IMG/VR virus record: IMGVR_UViG_3300009788_000165
Coordinates: 1-42,936 of that record
Direction: 5' to 3' (one strand)
Source: a virus
Taxonomy: Duplodnaviria; Caudoviricetes
Length of the DNA stretch: 42,936 nt
A program made the position numbers and the translations under genes. The first letter of the stretch is position 1. The number at the start of each line of letters is the position of its first letter. Shown here piece after piece: positions 1 to 7,100 of this stretch. Below the pieces are notes generated by a model. The model was given only the letters and a program-made list of their open reading frames with translations, was not told the origin of the DNA and did no database searches.

Positions 1-354
1 AAGTATAGTTATCTAAAAGAACATGATTATTTTTTAAATAAGTTGAAAGATCATTCTAATTGTGTATTCGTTGATAGATTATATTCTAGATTTGAATATG
101 TTTATATATTTAGAATACCTGAACAATGGTTAAATGATGTTAATTTACTCATACAAGGAAAATATTCTAAAATCTCTCAGGAAGCTAAGAAGAAAATTCT
201 TAACTTTCATAAATTAAAAGTAACAGGTGATACGGGTAAAATTCTTTTTAAAGACAAAGATTATTTACTACAATTACAAAATGAATTTAAGGTAGATTGT
301 GACTTTCCTGAATATGAAGAGAAATTTAATATAAATTTAGAAACTATAAATTAA
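1..354 (+). CDS. Hypothetical phage protein, 5'-truncated (frame open from base 1)
   Basis: The track starts it at a TTG (43), but the same frame has no stop back to base 1 (KYSYLKEHDYF...). Its stop overlaps the next ATG (TAATG). Confidence 0.75.
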   Translation, partial: KYSYLKEHDYFLNKLKDHSNCVFVDRLYSRFEYVYIFRIPEQWLNDVNLLIQGKYSKISQEAKKKILNFHKLKVTGDTGKILFKDKDYLLQLQNEFKVDCDFPEYEEKFNINLETIN

Positions 355-602
355 TGAAAAAATTATTATTAATAATATCAATATTGATATTTATATCATG
401 TCAAAGATATGACACACCTATATTAAATGCTGCAAATAAACCTTTCATCGTAAATAAAGTTGAATCTTATGATAGTAATTTTTCAGCTTATTATAGTAAA
501 CAAGGAAAAGGTACTGGTAAGTATACTATGGTTGTTATTGCTAGAATAATATTACCAACAGGTATGTATAATGTTGGAGATACAATAATATTGAAAAGAT
601 GA
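354..602 (+). CDS. Small putative lipoprotein
   Basis: MKK + hydrophobic stretch + lipobox-like IFISC. Shares KPFIV and YN(V/I)GDT motifs with 3247..3459. Confidence 0.75.
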   Translation: MKKLLLIISILIFISCQRYDTPILNAANKPFIVNKVESYDSNFSAYYSKQGKGTGKYTMVVIARIILPTGMYNVGDTIILKR

Positions 603-1279
603 ATTTAAGAGAAATATTCAATACTTGGTATGAACCTTTAAAACAATTTCTAAATTCTCAGGAATTTATTAATATAGGAAAACAAGTTAATGCTGATAGA
701 GCAAATTACACAGTTATTCCAAAACAAGGCTCTGATTTATTATTCAGAGTCTTTAATATAACTGATTATAACTCTCTAAAAGTTATTATATTGGGACAAG
801 ATCCATATAGTAATCCTTTAGATGCTTTTGATGGGTTAGCATTTAGTAATGCAGCATTGTACTCTCCTCAACCAAGTTTACGAAATATACTTAAAGAGGT
901 AGAAGTTGATATATATGATGGATTTGATTTAAATGCTATAGGAAATTTAGATTTAACTAGATGGTCTAATCAGGGTGTATTATTGATTAACACAGCTATG
1001 TCAGTTAAACAACATTTACCTGATTCTCATACTGCATTATGGCGACCATTTACTTTAGCTGTAATTAAAGCTATTTGTGAAAGGAATGATATAGTTTGGT
1101 TGTTATGGGGTAAAAAGGCTGAAGCATATAAACAATTCATAAAGAATTCCTCTCATAGTGTTATTATCAACGGGCATCCGAGTCCACTCAACACTTATAA
1201 TCCATTTTTAGGGTGTAAATGTTTTTCAAGATGTAACACTGAATTGGAAGCTAGAAATAAATCTAAAATTATTTGGTAA
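599..1279 (+). CDS. ung: Uracil-DNA glycosylase (family 1)
   Basis: Motifs KVIILGQDPY, GLAFS, QGVLLINT, LLWG and GHPSPL, plus the typical C-terminal I-x-W. Confidence 0.97.
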   Translation: MNLREIFNTWYEPLKQFLNSQEFINIGKQVNADRANYTVIPKQGSDLLFRVFNITDYNSLKVIILGQDPYSNPLDAFDGLAFSNAALYSPQPSLRNILKEVEVDIYDGFDLNAIGNLDLTRWSNQGVLLINTAMSVKQHLPDSHTALWRPFTLAVIKAICERNDIVWLLWGKKAEAYKQFIKNSSHSVIINGHPSPLNTYNPFLGCKCFSRCNTELEARNKSKIIW

Positions 1280-1431
1280 TGTATTGCGGATTAATCTTTA
1301 GATTTTGGAGTTTTTGGATAGGAATTTATTATTCAAAATTTCAAAAGAGAATATGTATTAACCTTATACCATGTATAACTTTTTATATAGTATTAAAAGG
1401 TGGAAATAAACCAATTTATAAAAGAATGTAA
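1279..1431 (+). CDS. Small hypothetical protein, 50 aa (not in ORF track)
   Basis: ATG overlaps the ung stop (TAATG). Reads MYCGLIFRFWSFWIGIYYSKFQKRICINLIPCITFYIVLKGGNKPIYKRM* and fills the gap to 1435. Confidence 0.7.
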   Translation: MYCGLIFRFWSFWIGIYYSKFQKRICINLIPCITFYIVLKGGNKPIYKRM

Positions 1432-1434
1432 ATT

Positions 1435-1731
1435 ATGAGTAAAATAGTATACAAATGCAAGGTCTGCAATAGTACAGATGTTGTTAAAGACGCTTGGGCT
1501 GAATGGGATGAAAAGAAACAAAGATGGACATTAGAAAATATATTTGATATGGAATATTGTAAGAATTGTGATGGAGAAACTAAACTTATTGAAGAAGAAA
1601 TTCCAGAAGAATGTCCTAGTTGTGGTAGTTTTCATTTAGATCAAATAGATGATCTTACTTGTTGTAATGACTATCATTCTGATGATCCTTTATGGGCTGA
1701 GTTACAAATTTATTTAAATAGTAAAAAATGA
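1435..1731 (+). CDS. Zn-ribbon hypothetical protein
   Basis: CKVC...CKNC and CPSC...CC motifs; tightly packed with its neighbours. Confidence 0.8.
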   Translation: MSKIVYKCKVCNSTDVVKDAWAEWDEKKQRWTLENIFDMEYCKNCDGETKLIEEEIPEECPSCGSFHLDQIDDLTCCNDYHSDDPLWAELQIYLNSKK

Positions 1732-1988
1732 AAAAAGCAGAAGAATATACAAATAATTCCCTTGATACAGAAATTGATGAAGGTATGACATTTCTTGTAA
1801 ATACTAGATTATATGAAATACATCAACTTATAGAACAGGCTCAAAAAGATGCTTATAATCAAGCCATAGACGATGCAATTAAAAATGCTAAAGTTAGTGG
1901 AGGTGGAGCCAGAAAATCTTCTGAAGGATATTTAGTTAGTAGTCCTATGTATTTAGATAAACAATCAATTTTAAAATTAAAGAAATAA
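1728..1988 (+). CDS. Hypothetical phage protein
   Basis: ATGA overlap with the previous gene; operon packing. Confidence 0.75.
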   Translation: MKKAEEYTNNSLDTEIDEGMTFLVNTRLYEIHQLIEQAQKDAYNQAIDDAIKNAKVSGGGARKSSEGYLVSSPMYLDKQSILKLKK

Positions 1989-1989
1989 A

Positions 1990-2229
1990 ATGGATAATTT
2001 AAGTAATATAGAAGGTGTTGATTCACAACCTGGAGCAGACGTAAATACAATAGAAGAAGAAAAGACTATTGATCTTATTCAGCAAGCTAAAGATATTAAC
2101 AAATTAGAATCTGAAATTAAGTTAGGAATATTGGAACTTAAAGAAAAAGTATTATCTTTGTATAATATTAGTGCTACTAAAGAAACCTATGACAAAATTA
2201 TAGTTTTAGATTCTATACAAAATAGTTAA
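1990..2229 (+). CDS. Hypothetical protein
   Basis: Starts 1 nt after the previous stop; coiled-coil-like composition. Confidence 0.7.
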   Translation: MDNLSNIEGVDSQPGADVNTIEEEKTIDLIQQAKDINKLESEIKLGILELKEKVLSLYNISATKETYDKIIVLDSIQNS

Positions 2230-2232
2230 ATT

Positions 2233-2469
2233 ATGAAAGAATTGTGGAAAAACTTACCAAAATCAAAACATAAAGAAGGTTATACAAATAAAGAAATAAA
2301 AAAAATATTAAAAACATTAAATATTAAAGAAGATTTATTTTCTGAAAAACTTGGAGTACATACAGCAATAACAATAGATGGAATAAGTATAACCTACCAT
2401 TCTGATGTAGAATTAAGTATAAGATGTTGTTTAGAAAATAGAGATCCTAATATATTTGAATTTGATTAA
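2233..2469 (+). CDS. Hypothetical phage protein
   Basis: AATT-ATG start context; operon packing. Confidence 0.75.
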   Translation: MKELWKNLPKSKHKEGYTNKEIKKILKTLNIKEDLFSEKLGVHTAITIDGISITYHSDVELSIRCCLENRDPNIFEFD

Positions 2470-2475
2470 AATATT

Positions 2476-2676
2476 ATGAATAAAGCAATATTTAAATTTA
2501 ACAATGGAAATGGAGCATTATTATGTTCTAATTGTAGGGTAATAATCAAAACAGGTAAAAATTATCCAACTGAAGAAAAAGAAGCTGCATATGGAAAAGA
2601 AAATAATTTACCTGCACAATATTGTGATAAGTGTAAAAAAGAAATTAAACCCAATGAAGGTTTAATGAATAAATAA
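2476..2676 (+). CDS. Small Zn-finger protein
   Basis: ALLCSNC...YCDKC. Confidence 0.75.
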   Translation: MNKAIFKFNNGNGALLCSNCRVIIKTGKNYPTEEKEAAYGKENNLPAQYCDKCKKEIKPNEGLMNK

Positions 2677-2756
2677 ATTATAATATTAACTAATAAATGG
2701 AGAATTTAATTTTTTAGGTAAGATTGTAATGAGTTTATTTTTATATTATGTTTTGT

Positions 2757-2790
2757 AGGAAGAGGAGTGAGTTCCCTCTTCCTTTTTTTT
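2757..2790 (+). terminator. Intrinsic terminator
   Basis: AGGAAGAGG (2757-2765) pairs with CCTCTTCCT (2775-2783), followed by a T-run to 2790. Confidence 0.85.
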
Positions 2791-2807
2791 AATTTAAAAT
2801 TAAATAT

Positions 2808-2999
2808 ATGAAATATTTATTATGGAATTGGGATAATTTTGATAATTTACCAAATGATCCTACAACAATAACAGATGAAGAATTTGAATCAATGGCTAAA
2901 AAAGATGGTCATGTTTATGAATCACCTGATGATTTTGAATCAGCTTTTAATGCTGAATTATTTGGAACGGCAACTCATCAATTAAGAATTATATCATGA
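2808..2999 (+). CDS. Hypothetical acidic protein
   Basis: ORF with A/T-rich leader; ATGA overlap with the next gene. Confidence 0.7.
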   Translation: MKYLLWNWDNFDNLPNDPTTITDEEFESMAKKDGHVYESPDDFESAFNAELFGTATHQLRIIS

Positions 3000-3250
3000 A
3001 ATGCCCATATCAAATAAATAAGGCTTGTATTCAAAGAAATACAGATATTACATGTGATAAATGTAAATTATATGGTGATGGGATAAAACCTACTGGAGGA
3101 ATAGATTTTTTTCACAATTATAAAAAAGATTTTAATAAATTAGAAGGATTAATTCTTCATTATTACGGTAATATGATAGAAGGAGAAGATAAAGATAATT
3201 TTGCTGAATTTTTTAGCATAGAAACTAAAAGAAAGGGAAACACTAAATGA
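2996..3250 (+). CDS. Cys-rich hypothetical protein
   Basis: MKCPY...C...CDKC; ATGA overlaps at both ends. Confidence 0.7.
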   Translation: MKCPYQINKACIQRNTDITCDKCKLYGDGIKPTGGIDFFHNYKKDFNKLEGLILHYYGNMIEGEDKDNFAEFFSIETKRKGNTK

Positions 3251-3459
3251 GAAAATTACTAATATTAATATTGTTTATAGGGTTAATTTCCTGTAATAAT
3301 GAACCACCAAAAAAACCTTTTATTGTTACTTTTAAATTTCCAGATTCAGATAGATGTGCTGGATTAGATTGTAGATATGAATATACAGATCAAAATGGAA
3401 CTATAAGAGGGTTTTGTGATACTCGTGAAAAATATAATATAGGAGATACACTTAAATAA
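3247..3459 (+). CDS. Small putative lipoprotein (paralog of 354..602)
   Basis: MRK + hydrophobic stretch + GLISC lipobox; KPFIV and YNIGDTL motifs. Confidence 0.75.
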   Translation: MRKLLILILFIGLISCNNEPPKKPFIVTFKFPDSDRCAGLDCRYEYTDQNGTIRGFCDTREKYNIGDTLK

Positions 3460-3466
3460 AATAATT

Positions 3467-3619
3467 ATGAAAACAATTCAAGATATATTAGATGCATTAT
3501 TAGAAAATGCTAATGTTGATTGGTCAGAAAATGATCCAACAGTAGAATTTAAAGCTATTTATGATGCTTTACAGACTATTTCAATTAATAAAAAATGTAA
3601 TAATTGTAATTCCAAATAA
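3467..3619 (+). CDS. Small hypothetical protein, 50 aa (not in ORF track)
   Basis: Reads MKTIQDILDALLENANVDWSENDPTVEFKAIYDALQTISINKKCNNCNSK*; AATT-ATG context; fills the gap between neighbours. Confidence 0.7.
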   Translation: MKTIQDILDALLENANVDWSENDPTVEFKAIYDALQTISINKKCNNCNSK

Positions 3620-3621
3620 TT

Positions 3622-3957
3622 ATGACTGATAAAGAAATATTAGAAAATAATAAACTTATAGCTAATTTTTATGACACTTATTTAACAGTTAAATATATTA
3701 CAACTACAGTTCAACAACATATATCTAATTATAAAGATTTAAGATTTCATGAATCTTGGGATTGGTTAATGCCAGTTATTATAAAAATAGAAAAATTAGG
3801 ATTTAGTGTAGATACTAAATATTGTCACTGTATTATCATAAATGGATTAAATTGTGATAAGTATATAAATATAAACACCTTAAAAGAATCTAAAATTAAA
3901 GCGGTTTATGAGGCGATAATTAAATTTATAAAATGGTATAATGAAAAAAATAAATAA
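3622..3957 (+). CDS. Conserved phage protein with NNKLIAxF / FHxSWDWLMPV motifs
   Basis: Motifs recalled as recurring in Bacteroidota phage small proteins; function unknown. Confidence 0.75.
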   Translation: MTDKEILENNKLIANFYDTYLTVKYITTTVQQHISNYKDLRFHESWDWLMPVIIKIEKLGFSVDTKYCHCIIINGLNCDKYININTLKESKIKAVYEAIIKFIKWYNEKNK

Positions 3958-3959
3958 TT

Positions 3960-4103
3960 ATGGGTGAAATACTTCCAGATGGATCAATACAAGGTTATGA
4001 AGGATATTGTCCTAAATGTGGTAAAATCATTAAGACTAATTCTCAAGGTAATGAGATGGGTAAGCATAAATGTGATCCTGATAATAAAAAGCGTGGTAAA
4101 TAA
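3960..4103 (+). CDS. 47-aa CxxC...HxC Zn-ribbon protein (not in ORF track)
   Basis: Reads MGEILPDGSIQGYEGYCPKCGKIIKTNSQGNEMGKHKCDPDNKKRGK*. AATT-ATG lies 2 nt after the upstream stop and it does not overlap the convergent gene. Confidence 0.75.
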   Translation: MGEILPDGSIQGYEGYCPKCGKIIKTNSQGNEMGKHKCDPDNKKRGK

Positions 4104-4115
4104 TCCCACGCTTTT
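4086..4115. terminator. Bidirectional intrinsic terminator at the convergence of the two transcription units
   Basis: AAAAGCGTGG (4087-4096) pairs with CCACGCTTTT (4106-4115); a T-tract follows the GC stem on both strands. Confidence 0.8.
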
Positions 4116-4134
4116 AAAAAAATTTGACCTATTA

Positions 4135-7100
4135 TTAATCTATATATTGTTCAAATGTATCAAAGAAGTCAACTACGTCTGTAATTACTCTTCCTGGAAT
4201 TAATTTACTAGTATAATAAAATTTACCTGTTTTATCTCTAGTTTGTTCCTCCCAAAAGAAAGTATTTTTATATTCTTTACCTGTAAGCATTGTTCTACCC
4301 TCATCTAAAGTATTACTTATAGCATTAGATATATCTGTTACATTTCTAAGTATAGGTAGAGGTTTATTTATAATTTGAGTTACTGAACTAGGATCAAAAA
4401 AGAAGGATATTTCTAGTAAACCTCTATTGGACATTCTATAAGCATTCATAGCTAATGTTTTGCTAATAATATTTTCACCATCTTCATCATCTGGAATAGC
4501 AGCACCTATTAATGCAACAGAACCATACAATCCTAATAAAATTCTTAATTCAGCAGCTATACCTCTAAGTTTTTGTGTTCTTAGTTCAATAAAACTTTCT
4601 AAAGTAATTTTACCTCTTAATTCAGGATGTTCATCCAAGAAAGTTTTAAAATATTTTTCTGCTATTTCAGTATTTTTACTATTACTAAATGTTTTTAAAG
4701 CTCCAATAGAACCTACTTCTAATAATAAACTACTAAATGCTTTCAACTTAGGTAATACTCCTTTTTGTGTAAATTCTCCAAATAATACCTTGAATCTACC
4801 TACATCTAATTCATCAATTTCTTCATTATAAGTTAATGCTTGAAATCTTGAATTAATTAATCCAGGCATCCAATTTCTAAATTGCATAAATAAAGCAGAA
4901 TAGATACTAGTACCTACTAAGTTTTGATCTTCTCTGGACATACTACCTTTAATTTTATTAGAGGCAGTTGTCATTAATTTTCTTACAGTAGTATATTGTT
5001 CCTCTGTCAAAGGTGTAACTACATCTCCTTCTATTTTCATAGTTTCCATTAAAGGTCTAACTCCTTCTTGAACTCTACGTACCCTACCATCATCAGTAAG
5101 TCCCCATTCCTGTAATACACTTGTACCAACCAAAGCATCTACAGCTTTATCAGGGTATTTCATAAACATATAAAATAATTCTTGATTTAAGAACTTTCTA
5201 GCCTTTGTAACTGATAATTTCTTACTCATATCATAAGTAAGATTATGAGCATACGGAGAAAAATAACTTAATAAAGGATTAACAAGGTCTTTATCTTTAC
5301 CTGTTAATAACTTAATAGAATTTGCAACTTGTTTTCTAGTAAAATATTTACCTTCAGATGCAGCCATTATTAAGTTAGATGTTGTACCAACTGCATTACC
5401 AAATCCAGAAATCCAACTTAAACCTAAAGCTTTCAATGAAGTATAACTCATTACTTGATGTAAAGTTTTATTTGAAGATATTTTATCACCTAATGTATAA
5501 TCTTTATTTTGAATCCTTTGTCCATAAATATGCATTTTAACAAATTTCTCAAATGTCTCCATTTCACTATGAGGAGCACCTACTATTTGGGCTACCCTAC
5601 CTGTAATTTTATCAACTAGTTTCTTACCTGATGCAGATGTAGGATCAGTCTTAACGTTTATTAAACTAGATTGTAAAGCTTTTACTTCATCTTCTATTTC
5701 TCTTGAATGAGTATAAGTATATGCTGCATGTGCAAATAATAAAGTACTAGTAAATAAATCCTTAGATTTTACTAAAACTCCTTTTTCACGTTCTTTATTT
5801 GCTACACTCTGAGCTAATGATTCTTCATATTCATATGTACCTTCTTCTAGTCCTTGAGCTGATAGATCATCTTGTATAGCCTTTAATTCTTTACTACTAA
5901 TATTAATAGTTAACGCATCTGTATATAATAAAGGTATATTTGGTAAGATTTCTCCTGTATTAGGATCTCTTGTTGTACTACCCAATAATACATCTTCTTG
6001 TCTGCTTTCAAAAGACTTAGTTAAATTATTTCTTAATACGTCTACACCCAAAGACCAATTAGATAGACTTTCCACCAATTCCTGTTGAATTTCAGCAATA
6101 AATGTAGGTTTAATTTCTTTACCTGTTTTTAAAGCAAATTCTTTATTATAATTAATTAAAGTATTATAAGCATCCAATAATGGTTCATTACCTGCTTCAG
6201 TCATAAATAACCAAGCATCTGAATAAAATCTAGGATTATCAGCAGGTTTAATATAGTAAGGTTGTTGGAATAAAGCATCTAATCCTTTAGATATATCATG
6301 TCTACCTTCCCATTCTTGTAATTTTTTAGCTCTTGTAGCTTCAAAAAAGTTTCCAGGATGATTTAATTTTAAAGTCTCAATGTAATTATTTCTAGACTCT
6401 TCAAATTTTTGTTTAGATTCTTTATCTTCATATGTTAAATTTCCATCTACTTCAATTACATTAGTATTATTTAAAAACCAATCTTTGTCTCTATTCACAA
6501 TAGCTTCAGCTTTTTCTTTCCCATAAACTCCGTTATATCTTGATTGTAAACTACCTTTATTATTTACTAATTTATTTACTGCTTGTTCTAAAGAAAGACC
6601 TTTATTTTTAGCCCAATCATTTAATGCAGTTCTTTTAGTTAATAGATCAGCCTGAATATTTTTTACTTGATCACGTACATGTTTTTCTCTACGGGATATT
6701 AAATTATAAAGGGCTTTAAATTGATGTCTATCGAATTGACTTAATTTTTTAAACATATTACCTACTGTAGAAGATTCTTTAACTGACTGATTAAAATCTA
6801 TATTGTGTTTATCGACTAATAATTCTTTATTTTTCTCACTAATCATACGTAGAGCCTTATCTACATTCATAGCAATTTGATTATATTTTATTTCAATTTG
6901 TTCCTTTTCTTCCTTAGATGTAGTTTTAGCTAATTCAATTTCTTTAGCTTGTCCAAAAAACCCATCATACATTGTAAGATAGTTTTCAGTATCATTCAAA
7001 TATGTATGATCAATACCTTTTTCACTACCTTCTGGACGAGTAATTCTTTCATAAAAATCTCTAAGTACAGCATTTACTTCTAAATGTAGATATCTAGTAT

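Noticed and set aside
2677-2756. Possible promoter or small RNA upstream of the 2757 terminator
   Set aside because: AT-rich, with no clean TAnnTTTG match or convincing structure.
3964-4203. 79-aa plus-strand ORF from the track
   Set aside because: GTG start, runs through the terminator and overlaps the convergent gene. The 3960..4103 frame has a proper ATG context and a Zn motif.
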